Assembly (NCBI GenBank): GCA_003962975.1
Contig: RXKC01000003.1
Span: 156,381-220,380, forward strand
Origin: Candidatus Saccharimonadota bacterium
GTDB taxonomy: Bacteria; Patescibacteriota; Saccharimonadia; Saccharimonadales; AWTP1-31
DNA length: 64,000 bases
Direction of reading: 5' to 3'
Both the position numbers and the translations under genes were made by a program. The notes beneath the pieces are model-generated. The model was not told the origin of the DNA and did no database searches. It was given only the letters and a program-made list of their open reading frames with translations. Below, piece by piece: positions 1-9,986 of the stretch (position 1 is its first letter; every line of letters begins with the position of its first letter).

Positions 1-745
1 TACCAAATACACCAGCGCCAGCCAGTTCGCTGGCTACTTTACGCGCCAAACGCACGGCTTTTTGCTGCACGTTTTTGGGGACCGCAGCCGGCACCAGTAC
101 TTCGTGACATATGTTACGTTTGTGAATAGTTTCGCTCAGCGGATAAGTAGCAACCTCACCGTTTGTGCTGCGCGCGACCATAACTGCGAGTTCTTTCACG
201 AATGGCACGAGCTTTTCTGCATACAGTTTTTTGCCTTCAAAGAACTTGAATGCTTCGCGAACCTCTGCTGCGCTTTTCACGACCATGTTGCCGCGACCGT
301 CAAACGCTCCGTGCCGCGTTTTGATAATCATTTTGCCACCAAATTTCTTGAGCGTCGCCAAAGCATTTTCTACGTCGACAATTTCTTCGAATTCTCCGAC
401 GGGAATACCAACCTCATGTAAGAACGCCTTCTGCAGATACTTATCTTGGATAAGTCGAATGGTGGCTGGCGCTGGATGAACCGGACGGCCCTCCTTTATA
501 GCTTTTTCGAGCGCATCAACATTAATATGCTCACTCTCAACCGTCATGTGATGCGCCCGCGCGGACATTTGGCCAATCGCTGCCTCATCATAAAAGCCGG
601 CCACAATTTCTTCGGCACCAACCTGCGCGGCAGGGCTGTTGCCGGTTGGATCAACCACAATAACATCAAAACCCAGTGGCTTGGCGGCAAGCGTAAGCAT
701 TCGCCCCAGTTGTCCACCACCCACAATACCGATAGTCTTGGCCAA
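1..745 (-). CDS. purK: N5-carboxyaminoimidazole ribonucleotide synthase (PurK), N-terminal part; continues beyond left window edge
   Basis: Absent from the ORF track because it is open to the window edge. My own minus-strand translation from TTG at 745 (GAGGAGA about 8 nt upstream) reads LAKTIGIVGGGQLGRMLTLAAKPLGFDVIVVDP...GGKMIIKTRHGAFDGRGNMVVKS... with no stop down to position 1. This is an ATP-grasp PurK-type N-terminus (GGGQLGRM). Confidence 0.85.
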   Translation of the reverse strand, partial: MAKTIGIVGGGQLGRMLTLAAKPLGFDVIVVDPTGNSPAAQVGAEEIVAGFYDEAAIGQMSARAHHMTVESEHINVDALEKAIKEGRPVHPAPATIRLIQDKYLQKAFLHEVGIPVGEFEEIVDVENALATLKKFGGKMIIKTRHGAFDGRGNMVVKSAAEVREAFKFFEGKKLYAEKLVPFVKELAVMVARSTNGEVATYPLSETIHKRNICHEVLVPAAVPKNVQQKAVRLARKVASELAGAGVFG

Positions 746-779
746 TGCGTCTCTCCTCAACTTCTGACTTTATGGTACC

Positions 780-1742
780 ATGAGACCAATGAGTACGGGG
801 ACAATTCAGACAACAAACTTCAGTTTGCCTGGCCAGACCAACGTCTACCACGGCAAAGTTCGTGACGTTTACACACTCGATGACGATCGGGTAGTTATGG
901 TTGCCAGTGACCGTATTTCCTGTTTTGACGTTATTCTGCCGCGGCCTGTTCCTTATAAAGGCCAGGTACTAAACCAGATCGCCCAGCACTTTCTAGAAGC
1001 CACCGCCGACATCGTACCGAACTGGCTACAAGCTGTACCCGACCCCAACGCCAGCATTGGTTTGAAAGCAGAACCCGTAAAAATAGAAATGGTCATTCGC
1101 GGTTGCTTGGTCGGACATGCCTGGCGCGAATATAAAGCTGGCAAACGTGAACTGTGCGGTGTAACTCTGCCCGAAGGTATGGCAGAGTTTGACGCCTTCC
1201 CGGAACCAATTATCACACCGACAACTAAAGCCGATGAAGGCCATGATGAAGATATTTCTGCCGCGGCGATTCTAGAACAAAAACTCGCTACAGCCGAAGA
1301 ATGGCAGCAACTCAGTGAGTACGCTCATAAAATTTTTGCCCGCGGCCAAGAAATGGCTCGCGCCCAAGGTTTAGTTCTAGCCGACACCAAGTATGAGTTT
1401 GGCAAACGAGACGGCAAGATAATCTTGATCGATGAGATCCACACACCAGACTCATCTCGTTATTTCTATGCCGATAGCTATGACGCATATGTTGGTGGCG
1501 ATAAATCTGCGGTACCTACACAATTGTCTAAAGAATTTGTACGAGAGTGGTTAATGGAACGCGACTTTGCTGGACAGACTGGACAAACCATGCCCGACCT
1601 TCCGGACGATTTTATTAGTCAAATTACTGAGCGCTACATTGAACTCTATGAAAAAGTAACCGGCAAAACATTTGTGAAAGCTGATACCAGCAACATACTG
1701 TCACGCATCGAGACCAACCTACTGAACACGCTCCAGAAATAG
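780..1742 (+). CDS. purC: SAICAR synthetase (phosphoribosylaminoimidazole-succinocarboxamide synthase), long form
   Basis: 320-aa ORF. HGKVRDVY...ASDRISCFD...LADTKYEFG...IDEIHTPDSSRYF are typical PurC motifs. Sits in purine gene context. Confidence 0.9.
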   Translation: MRPMSTGTIQTTNFSLPGQTNVYHGKVRDVYTLDDDRVVMVASDRISCFDVILPRPVPYKGQVLNQIAQHFLEATADIVPNWLQAVPDPNASIGLKAEPVKIEMVIRGCLVGHAWREYKAGKRELCGVTLPEGMAEFDAFPEPIITPTTKADEGHDEDISAAAILEQKLATAEEWQQLSEYAHKIFARGQEMARAQGLVLADTKYEFGKRDGKIILIDEIHTPDSSRYFYADSYDAYVGGDKSAVPTQLSKEFVREWLMERDFAGQTGQTMPDLPDDFISQITERYIELYEKVTGKTFVKADTSNILSRIETNLLNTLQK

Positions 1743-1745
1743 ACC

Positions 1746-3146
1746 ATGAAGCTACAACCTCTCACTCTTGCTCATAACGGCCAACAAAATTTGGATGGTA
1801 TTGACCCACTGGACGGTCGCTATTTCGATAATGAGGTTGCCGCTTACCTGTCGGAACGAAGCCGCATTGCCTACCAGGCGTACATTGAAGCAGCATTGGC
1901 GCAAGCGCTGGCAGATGCTGGCGTATGTAGCCGTAAGGTTGCGAACGAAATAGAGGAAGCTGCTCGCAATATTCGTGCCGAAGATGTGTACGAAGAAGAG
2001 TTAACCACCAAGCATGATATTAAAGCCGTCGTAAATTGCATCAAGGCACAGATCAGCGAAGAGGCTCAGCCGTTTGTACATTTTGGTGCCACCAGCTATG
2101 ACATCATCGCTTCTGCTTCTGCCCTGCAGATGAAAGACGCCATCACAAACATTGTTGTGCCACGACTAAAGTCACTTTTGTCTACGCTGGTTACACAGAG
2201 TAATCAATATGCTGACACGGTGCAGATCGGTCGAACGCATGGTCAACACGCAGTACCAATTACATTTGGTTTTGCGCTCAGTGAATATGTCAGTCGAATC
2301 GGTAAAACTACTGAAGCTATCGAGGCACTATCGGGTGAGCTTTATGGTAAATTCTCTGGTGCGGTCGGTGCCTACAATGCCCTCAGCCTGTTCGTCGCTG
2401 ACCCTTTTAAATTCGAAAGAGCTGTTCTTGCTAAAGTTGGTCTAGAACCCGCCGAATATTCCAAGCAAATCGTACCAGCAGAAAACATGGTGCGCCTGAT
2501 CGATGAGTTAGCCATTGCCGCCGGCATCATGGCAAACCTGGCACATGACATGCGTCATCTGCAGCGAACCGAAATTGGTGAAGTCCGTGAAAAATTTGAA
2601 AAGGGCCAAACTGGTTCGAGCACCATGGCCCATAAACGAAACCCGTGGAACTTTGAAAACGTTATTAGCATGAGCAAACAAGTTATTGCTCAGACGGTTA
2701 ATGCCAACCTTAATCTGACCAGCGAACACCAGCGTGACTTGACCGACTCTGCCAGTTCACGTTTTTACACTATTGTGCCAGCCAGCATTGCCAGCATGAC
2801 GGCACGTTTGGATCGAATTATGCAAAAGCTCGAAGTAGACGAAGCAGCTATGCAGAAAAACCTTGGCCTAACTGGTGGTGCTATTGCGGCTGAACCACTG
2901 TACCTGCTGTTCGAAAAATACGGCCACACCACAGCGCACGAAAAAGCTAAAGACCTAGCGCATCAAGCACTGCAAAATAATAAACCACTTATTGATGTCA
3001 TCTCTAAAGACAAAGAAGCAAAAGACTACTGGCTACAGTTCAGCCCGCAGGAAAAACAAATTATCACCCAACCTGAGCAATTTTATACCGGCCTTGCTGC
3101 CAAAAAAGCCAGAAAAATCACTGTTGAGTGGGCCAAAAAAATCTAG
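1746..3146 (+). CDS. purB: adenylosuccinate lyase
   Basis: 466-aa ORF. GRTHGQHAVPITFG and the fumarate-lyase signature SSTMAHKRNPWNFE are present. Lies 3 nt after purC. Confidence 0.92.
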   Translation: MKLQPLTLAHNGQQNLDGIDPLDGRYFDNEVAAYLSERSRIAYQAYIEAALAQALADAGVCSRKVANEIEEAARNIRAEDVYEEELTTKHDIKAVVNCIKAQISEEAQPFVHFGATSYDIIASASALQMKDAITNIVVPRLKSLLSTLVTQSNQYADTVQIGRTHGQHAVPITFGFALSEYVSRIGKTTEAIEALSGELYGKFSGAVGAYNALSLFVADPFKFERAVLAKVGLEPAEYSKQIVPAENMVRLIDELAIAAGIMANLAHDMRHLQRTEIGEVREKFEKGQTGSSTMAHKRNPWNFENVISMSKQVIAQTVNANLNLTSEHQRDLTDSASSRFYTIVPASIASMTARLDRIMQKLEVDEAAMQKNLGLTGGAIAAEPLYLLFEKYGHTTAHEKAKDLAHQALQNNKPLIDVISKDKEAKDYWLQFSPQEKQIITQPEQFYTGLAAKKARKITVEWAKKI

Positions 3147-3934
3147 CTTTTGATTTGGCTGGCTTGCTGCCACAGCATTTCAAAAAGGTTGCGCTGCACC
3201 GCTGCAATAGCTGGATTGTGAATTTCGATGCCGAATATCTGGCCATCTTTCCAGTCAAAAAATGCCACGACATTGTCATAGATAATTGTTGAATGCGGTA
3301 TCGGCAGTAACGAATCGCTGACATAACGCGCTTGCCAATTTTCTAGTTGGTTTGTGATATGTCGCAGCACGCCTTGCTGCTGACTTTGTAAGAAATCATC
3401 ATTAACCAGACTGCGGTGCTGCACGTTTTGCTCGTTTAAACGGAGTGCCCACCGTTCGAAAAATTTCTGATCTGTATTCATTTGGATTGTGGCGTTCAAA
3501 ATAGACAGTGTGTCAGTGTTTGTTCGCGTCTCATTCCAAAGCATTTGTTTTACACCGTCGATACCTTGATAAAACTGAATGTGCGTTGCCTCTCTCTCAA
3601 GTGCACTGCCCTCTAACATGGCAGCAAGATTAGGCAAATCTGCCTGCAGCTCAGCAAGTTCTTGTTCTTTTTTTGTTACCAATAGTTGCAAGTTTTCTAT
3701 CGGGGCGGCTCGTAGCACTTGCCGTTTATAGTGGGTGTCAACTTCAATGAGTGCTGCCATTTTTAAATCATCAAGCAAACGGTAGATCTGGGTACGTTCC
3801 ATATCAGCCCGACGTGCCAACTCAGAAATTGACATGGCACCACCAGTAAAAAGACAAAGATATACATCAGCCAAGCGCGGTTCTAGGCCCAGTTTTCGGA
3901 AATAAGTGCGGATAATCTTTTGCTTTTGTTCCAT
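3143..3934 (-). CDS. TrmB-family (sugar-type) transcriptional regulator, paralog 1
   Basis: 263 aa. N-terminal winged HTH (LGLEPRLADVYLCLFTGGAMSISELARRADMERTQIYRLLDDL) plus a TrmB-like C-terminal domain. Clear paralog of the 18266-19051 gene. Confidence 0.75.
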   Translation of the reverse strand: MEQKQKIIRTYFRKLGLEPRLADVYLCLFTGGAMSISELARRADMERTQIYRLLDDLKMAALIEVDTHYKRQVLRAAPIENLQLLVTKKEQELAELQADLPNLAAMLEGSALEREATHIQFYQGIDGVKQMLWNETRTNTDTLSILNATIQMNTDQKFFERWALRLNEQNVQHRSLVNDDFLQSQQQGVLRHITNQLENWQARYVSDSLLPIPHSTIIYDNVVAFFDWKDGQIFGIEIHNPAIAAVQRNLFEMLWQQASQIKS

Positions 3935-4037
3935 GCCTATACTTTACAAGTTGTTGCAACGTTCGCACAACAGTTTTAGGTGTTAAATTCAAAGTAATAC
4001 GATCTTTGTGTAAGTAATGTTACACAAGGAGATCGCC

Positions 4038-4820
4038 ATGCCAAACCTAGAAACTGTCGATGCAGCTAGCCTGCTCGACATAAGCCGTTATGCTCTGCAA
4101 ACCGTAGATGAGCGATTTGGCCAAAGCCCAGACGTCGACGTGCGACCAGCCGGGTACCGCTCGTATCATAATGGCCTGCATAGCCGGAACGTCGTACAAG
4201 ACTTTAATGTCTTAGCCACTACACACGAATTGTCGCCGCTCCTGCAACTTGTTGGCAATGCGGCATGTGCTGCACACGATTTAGACCAAGATCTTGGTTC
4301 TGGTGCCAATGAAACTACTTCGGCCGACTGGCTCCGCGAACAGATCGAAACTCGCACTACGCTGGGAACGGATGCAGCAACCATGGGGTGGCTAGCAATA
4401 CGTGGCACTGAGCCCATAATGCAAGGATTCCTTATGGTAGATCAGTTAGCGAATCAGCAAGAGTACCAAACAGCCGATCAAGAACTGCTCGCCAAACTTG
4501 CTGCCTGTGCAGACCTGGGTCGACTCTACGCCCCAGACGGACCATATACTGCACACCTGCTGGCCCGTGAATTTGCAGGCAGTCCGGTTAACGATCAGCA
4601 AGCCTACGAAAAACTATTAGCATTTCAACGCACCCAACCAGCTTTTCTAGAAGCCTACCAGTATCCACTGGCAAGTGCTGCAAATCTTTTAACTCGACAT
4701 GAGGTCGCTGTGCGCGACTATGCCGAGGAACTTGTGGATGCCATAGAACTGGGTGATGTCAGCAATTGGCAGGACGTCATCAGACGTGACCATGCGTTCG
4801 CAGAGGCACACCTCTCTTAG
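4038..4820 (+). CDS. HD-domain-like metal-dependent phosphohydrolase (putative)
   Basis: ORF 4017-4820 trimmed to ATG 4038, which has AAGGAG 6 nt upstream. YHNGLHSRNV ... AAHDLDQD gives an H...HD pattern. No closer family recognised. Confidence 0.5.
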   Translation: MPNLETVDAASLLDISRYALQTVDERFGQSPDVDVRPAGYRSYHNGLHSRNVVQDFNVLATTHELSPLLQLVGNAACAAHDLDQDLGSGANETTSADWLREQIETRTTLGTDAATMGWLAIRGTEPIMQGFLMVDQLANQQEYQTADQELLAKLAACADLGRLYAPDGPYTAHLLAREFAGSPVNDQQAYEKLLAFQRTQPAFLEAYQYPLASAANLLTRHEVAVRDYAEELVDAIELGDVSNWQDVIRRDHAFAEAHLS

Positions 4821-4885
4821 GAACTATGTTAGAGATAGGGTTGGTATCAGGTATACTTAAGGCATAGCATAAGCAGTGACTCATA

Positions 4886-6637
4886 ATGCATATCTCATAT
4901 CGTAAATTACTCCTCGCGCTTGGCGCCTTTGCGGCTACGTTTGCAATTCACCAAGGTCAAGCCAATGCGGCGACCATTACCGTAACGGCCAGCGCCGTTG
5001 ACCAAACAACCAATGGTAATTGTTCATTGTATGAGGCGGCGACTGCTGCAAATACCGACGCAGTGGTCGATGGCTGCACAGCCGGTTCTGGCGCTGACAC
5101 TATCAATATTCCTGACGGCACCTACGACCTGGCTTCGATGTCTTTTGGACCGACCTTTTCAGCCACGACAACATTGGTAGGCCAGTCACGAAGTGGCACA
5201 ATTCTGAATGCAACAGGTGGATACCAAATTAACTTAAATGGCAGCAACGACGCACCAACCTTTACGCTTCGTAATCTTACGCTCCAGGATCTGATAATTG
5301 AAGCGACCAACGATGATGCATCGTATCTCTTCGATAACATCCTGATGTACGGCGCGAATTCACAAATAGTTGCGCGGCCTGAGACAGATGGCACTGACTT
5401 TGGCACGTTTACAATAAGTGATTCCAGCATCCGAAATAGTGAAGACGGCTTGCTGGCTCAGTACTTTGAAACCATTACTATTACCGATTCTAGCTTTTAC
5501 GAAAATACCAACAATAACATGCAGCTTACCGGAACAACAGTGAGCTTAGATGGAGTGGACATCTATGACAGTGGAGCCGGCGCCGAAATAAATGGCGGTA
5601 CCGTTTCCTTGCTGAACATGAATGTTTTTGACAATACAGCTGGTGGTATTACCGTATTTAACGGTAACGATGATGACGCTGAAAACCTCTCGATAACCAT
5701 CCGTAATTTTGCTCTTGTCAGGAATACGTATGATGTTGGCCTGATGTTAGGCACCGATGGCGGAACTGGCTTTAGTGTCGACATTGCCAATATGACAATT
5801 GCTGACAATACCAGCCTGCTGCCTGCTCTGGCCTTTAGTATTAGAGACAGTATTGCACTAACAGGAACCATGAATAATGTCACCGTAGCCAACAACACCC
5901 GCAGTGGCGATGTTGGTGGGGCTACCTACGCGGGTGGCGCTATGATAAATGCAAGCGGCGGCGTAGCGCCAACCATGACTGTCAAAAATCTTCTCATAGC
6001 CAATAATCTTGATGAAACAACTGAAAGAAACTGTGCTCCTGCAGGTGGCGAATTGTACCCATTTATCTCAGGCGGCAATAACCTCAGCGACGACAGTACT
6101 TGTAACAGCTTTAACCAAGCAAGTGATCAGAACGGGGTTAACGCAGTACTTGGAACGCTCGCTCAAGAAAATGGAACGTGGGTGCTACCACTACTCGCCG
6201 GATCACCCGCCATTGACAGTGGCGCTACCATATCCGACCTCACTACTGACCAAAGAGGCGCGAGCAGGCCCCAGGGTAGCGCCTATGATCTTGGAGCTTA
6301 TGAATATGGTGTTCTAGGCGAAGAGACACCAGACCCGACACCCACCCCACCAACAACCGGCAACCTAGCAAATACAGCCGATCCCAATACATTGGCGGTC
6401 ACCGGCATTACGCCTATTTCAACACTACTGCTTTTGGGCATCATACTGGCTGTCGGCACATATACCTACCGTGACTATCGAAAGTACAAAAAGCCTCTTA
6501 CCGATGCTGACCCTTCCGTACGCTACAGCTACACACATCACATTAAAGTTGTCAGCCTCCCTTTGTTCCGCTACAGACTTAGCTTTAGCACCTCGAAGGT
6601 TAGCTCCAAAGATGAATCAGGTATTCATAAGTTCTAA
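4886..6637 (+). CDS. secreted parallel beta-helix surface protein (CSLREA / choice-of-anchor-Q-like) with LAxTG-type sorting signal
   Basis: Signal peptide (LLLALGAFAATFAIHQGQANA). CSLYEAATAAN motif. Many N/T/G-rich beta-helix repeats. DQRGASRPQGSAYDLGAYEY motif. LAVTG (6392-6406) followed by a hydrophobic stretch and RDYRKYKK. Confidence 0.7.
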   Translation: MHISYRKLLLALGAFAATFAIHQGQANAATITVTASAVDQTTNGNCSLYEAATAANTDAVVDGCTAGSGADTINIPDGTYDLASMSFGPTFSATTTLVGQSRSGTILNATGGYQINLNGSNDAPTFTLRNLTLQDLIIEATNDDASYLFDNILMYGANSQIVARPETDGTDFGTFTISDSSIRNSEDGLLAQYFETITITDSSFYENTNNNMQLTGTTVSLDGVDIYDSGAGAEINGGTVSLLNMNVFDNTAGGITVFNGNDDDAENLSITIRNFALVRNTYDVGLMLGTDGGTGFSVDIANMTIADNTSLLPALAFSIRDSIALTGTMNNVTVANNTRSGDVGGATYAGGAMINASGGVAPTMTVKNLLIANNLDETTERNCAPAGGELYPFISGGNNLSDDSTCNSFNQASDQNGVNAVLGTLAQENGTWVLPLLAGSPAIDSGATISDLTTDQRGASRPQGSAYDLGAYEYGVLGEETPDPTPTPPTTGNLANTADPNTLAVTGITPISTLLLLGIILAVGTYTYRDYRKYKKPLTDADPSVRYSYTHHIKVVSLPLFRYRLSFSTSKVSSKDESGIHKF

Positions 6638-8322
6638 TGTTTAGCAAAGCCACGAACCGTAGGATCAGGGCCAGCCAGTACGCCAACGCCCTGGTCGGCA
6701 AGCCCCTGTAAAATTTCACGATGCTTGTCGGTATTGAGTGAAGTCAGAACAGCCTTAATGCCTGCATCAGCCAGGATTTGCGGGCCGTCTGGGAATGGGA
6801 AGAAACTGTCACTATACGCGACTGCGCCTTCAACTTTTTTCTTGTCCAACGTTACAGTGATGACGAGTTTGTCACCTTTAGTTTCGACTTTCGGTAATTC
6901 AATCGTAGTGCGAGAAAGTGCTAGCTGACCTGCGCCGACTCGGTCTTGCTGACCGACGCCGTTACCAATCAGCATACCGTCCTTGATAAGAGTGATTGTG
7001 TTGCTGTTACTGGTACTGCCTATTGCCCAACCAAGAATAAGATCACGCTTTTGAGCTTCACTGACCTTCCCAAAAGACTCAACATAGTCAGCCTTAAGAT
7101 CGAATACAAAGCTGTAGTTTGGCTGTTCCAAAACCCCACCACGAACAGGGCGAACTTTGCGAGAAGTGTCTAGTGACCTTTCGCTGAGATTTGCCAGAGC
7201 TGGGTTTACAACCAGGCGCAATTTGGCACGGTTCAAAATTTCGAGTGCTTCATCAGAAACACTGGAACCGATGACGCCGTCAAGCAATCTTTTCTGACCC
7301 TCTGGCATTGCGTGGCTGCGTAATAGCGTCGCGACTTCTTTATCTATTTCGCCATTTACGATCACTACTCCACCAAAGATAGCTCGCGTGTCGCCTTCTA
7401 GCATTTTCTTTACTGCTTCGGGTAGGGTTTTGCCAACAGCTGCTCCGCAGGCATTGCCGTGCTTCACGCCAACAGCCAAGGCTGGCACTTCAGTAAAGTT
7501 CTTCTGGAATCCGGCAGCAATGTGGGTGGCTGTGTTAACCAGGCAATCTATATCTGTTTCGTTAATAAAGCTGAGATCCATACCCTGAACATGCTGAAAT
7601 TGGTCAAGCCCGAGCGTATCAACCGCAATTCGATTATCAGCATACAGACCAGCATCTGCTTGGTATGGGTTTTCACCGTACTTGGTTGGTGCAAACTTGC
7701 GAGCTACATAACCACTCATATGTGTACCATTGAGATATTGAGCCGATGCCAAAATGTAGCGTGCAGATTCGTATTCAGCACGTGCCGCAAGTTGGTGCAA
7801 AAACTCTTCTTCATTTGGTTTGTCTGCCTTCAACCAAGCAATAACTTCTGGTCGCTGCTCGGCGACAGAAAGAACAATGCGACGACTCTTGGCTGCTGCA
7901 CGCAACATAGTCGGCCCACCTATGTCAGTCTTTTCGATAACGTCTTTTTCTTTGACACCAGGTTTAGCAATCTCTTCTTCAAGCGGGTACATGTCTACAC
8001 AGACAAGGTCGATGACCGGAATGCCTAGTTCTTGCAGCTCTTTACGGTCGACAGATTCATGTTTACTATTCGGCGAACCAGTGTCGGCCAAGATGCCTGC
8101 AAAAACTTCTCGCGATAGTGTAACAACGCGGTGTCCTAAAATTGCACCACCGCCGGCTAGCTCAGCAACATCAGTTACCGGAATACCCGCTTCCTTAATT
8201 TTTGTTGCAGTGCCACCCGAGGCATATATATTCCAGCCAAGTGCGTCGAGCTCTTTGGCAAACTCTTCAATGCCAGATTTATCGTATACAGAAATAAGTG
8301 CGTTCGGTTTGGCTGCCGCCAT
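6634..8322 (-). CDS. purH: bifunctional AICAR transformylase / IMP cyclohydrolase
   Basis: ORF 6634-8340. ALISVYDKSGIEEFAKEL...ASGGTA (MGS-like domain) plus a C-terminal AICARFT domain. Start placed at ATG 8322 (GAGAGGGGA upstream); GTG 8340 is the alternative. Confidence 0.92.
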   Translation of the reverse strand: MAAAKPNALISVYDKSGIEEFAKELDALGWNIYASGGTATKIKEAGIPVTDVAELAGGGAILGHRVVTLSREVFAGILADTGSPNSKHESVDRKELQELGIPVIDLVCVDMYPLEEEIAKPGVKEKDVIEKTDIGGPTMLRAAAKSRRIVLSVAEQRPEVIAWLKADKPNEEEFLHQLAARAEYESARYILASAQYLNGTHMSGYVARKFAPTKYGENPYQADAGLYADNRIAVDTLGLDQFQHVQGMDLSFINETDIDCLVNTATHIAAGFQKNFTEVPALAVGVKHGNACGAAVGKTLPEAVKKMLEGDTRAIFGGVVIVNGEIDKEVATLLRSHAMPEGQKRLLDGVIGSSVSDEALEILNRAKLRLVVNPALANLSERSLDTSRKVRPVRGGVLEQPNYSFVFDLKADYVESFGKVSEAQKRDLILGWAIGSTSNSNTITLIKDGMLIGNGVGQQDRVGAGQLALSRTTIELPKVETKGDKLVITVTLDKKKVEGAVAYSDSFFPFPDGPQILADAGIKAVLTSLNTDKHREILQGLADQGVGVLAGPDPTVRGFAKH

Positions 8323-8400
8323 AAGTTGTTCCCCTCTCACGTTATTCTTTTATAATCGCACAGGTTGCCCCCGCAAGCACAAAAAGTTTCACTTTCCTGA

Positions 8401-9816
8401 TTAGGTGCGAGCAAAGTGAACTTTTTCGATAGCATCAGCATTTGCACCAATCTTTATTGGATAAATGCCGTTAAAGCATGATGCCGAGAACATTCTTTCT
8501 GGTAGATTCGTGGCACGGATCATACCCGCATAGCTAAGATAGGTTAATGAATCAGATCCAATATGTTCGCGTATTTCGCTATGGGTCATATGTGCAGCAA
8601 TCAGTTCTTTTTGAGAAGAAATATTAATTCCGTAAAAATCTGGGTACAACACAGGTGGTGAGCTGACAATCACATGGACCTCTTTGGCACCTGCACGGTA
8701 AAGCATTTTTACAATCTTGCGCATAGTATTGCCGCGCACGATCGAGTCATCGACTAGCACTACGCGCTTACCTTTTAACACATGAGGCATGGGGTTAAGT
8801 TTCATCTTAAAGTCTTGATCCCGAAGAATGTTATTTGGCCTAATAAACGTTCGGTGAATATAGCGATTTTTAATAATCGCCATCTCGAATGGAATTCCAG
8901 AGGCCTGGCTAAAGCCAAGCGCTGCAGGAATAGACGAATCTGGAACTGGCACAACGATGTCTGCCTCAAGTTTCCATTCCTTTGCCAGTTCTTTTCCTAA
9001 GTTGTGACGCACCTCGTTAACACTCTGTCCAAGTAAGATGCTGTCGGGACGAGCAAAGTATACAAACTCAAAGATGTCCAGCTTTTGTTTGCCGGAAACA
9101 ACCTGGTAACTGTGCATGCCCTTTTCATCAAAGACTACCATTTCACCGGGCTCTATATCTCTTAAAAACTTCGCGCCTAGTGTGTCGAAGGCACAGGTTT
9201 CTGAAGCCACCACATAGCCATCGCCAAGTGTTGCTATCGACAGTGGACGAATTCCGCAGTGGTCTCGGAATGCCACCATTTTCTTTGGCGTCATAGCCAC
9301 ACAACTAAATGCACCATCAAGCATTGGGAAGGCAATCTTTACTGCTTCGTCTACATCCAGCCCTTCTTCCATAAGGCCAGATAGTACATGCGTCATCATT
9401 TCTGAATCGTTCATTTCGCGCGTTGAGACAGCGCGATCACTTAAAAATTTCTCGAGTTTTGTGGTGACAGGAAAGTTACCGTTATGCGCCAAAGCAAATT
9501 TGGTGTTGCGAATCAGCACCGGCTGACCGTGTGCGCCGTCGGACGCACCGGATGTTGAGTAACGGTTATGCCCAATGGCAATATCACCAGGTAACTGTTC
9601 GAGATCTTCTTTGTGAAATGCATTAGAAACAAGCCCAGGTGCAACGTGTCGATATAGATAACCGTTGTCTGCACTGACAATTCCAGAACTCTCTTGGCCG
9701 CGATGTTGGAGTGCCCACAGACCGTAGAATGCTAAACGCGAAGCTTCGGGTACGTCATAAATGCCAAGGACTGCACACTTCTCAGCCAACGACACCTCTT
9801 CAGCGGAAAAAGACAA
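8401..9816 (-). CDS. purF: amidophosphoribosyltransferase (glutamine-PRPP amidotransferase)
   Basis: 471 aa. A 13-aa propeptide precedes the catalytic Cys (MSFSAEEVSLAEK-CAVLGIYD). PRTase motif VVLVDDSIVRGNT. TTG start with AGGGGG 5-6 nt upstream. Confidence 0.92.
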   Translation of the reverse strand: MSFSAEEVSLAEKCAVLGIYDVPEASRLAFYGLWALQHRGQESSGIVSADNGYLYRHVAPGLVSNAFHKEDLEQLPGDIAIGHNRYSTSGASDGAHGQPVLIRNTKFALAHNGNFPVTTKLEKFLSDRAVSTREMNDSEMMTHVLSGLMEEGLDVDEAVKIAFPMLDGAFSCVAMTPKKMVAFRDHCGIRPLSIATLGDGYVVASETCAFDTLGAKFLRDIEPGEMVVFDEKGMHSYQVVSGKQKLDIFEFVYFARPDSILLGQSVNEVRHNLGKELAKEWKLEADIVVPVPDSSIPAALGFSQASGIPFEMAIIKNRYIHRTFIRPNNILRDQDFKMKLNPMPHVLKGKRVVLVDDSIVRGNTMRKIVKMLYRAGAKEVHVIVSSPPVLYPDFYGINISSQKELIAAHMTHSEIREHIGSDSLTYLSYAGMIRATNLPERMFSASCFNGIYPIKIGANADAIEKVHFART

Positions 9817-9986
9817 ACGACCCCCTAACCCTTCATCGTTATGCGCACCAATTACTTTTTATGGTAGCACTTATGACTATGGTATGTAACCCGAGCGTTT
9901 TAAATTTTACAGTGCTAAGCATGAGTATTTTGCAGCTATTCAATATTGTTGTATTTTTTTGAATTTCGTAGTATTATTTGGCGACT

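Noticed and set aside
7459-8404. Two long plus-strand ORFs (189 and 194 aa) inside the purH region.
   Set aside because: They are antisense to a confidently identified purH. Their translations are low-complexity (Ser/Thr/Arg/Cys-rich) with no motifs. They look like typical shadow ORFs.
9817-9977. Possible purine, ZTP or PRPP riboswitch in the 170-nt region upstream of purF.
   Set aside because: Read on both strands, I could not find the purine-riboswitch junctions (UUUCUACC, CCGUAAAU, GACUAUG in order) or the ZTP CCGCCUGGGC element. Only scattered partial words (ATGACTATGG) occur, and on the wrong strand.
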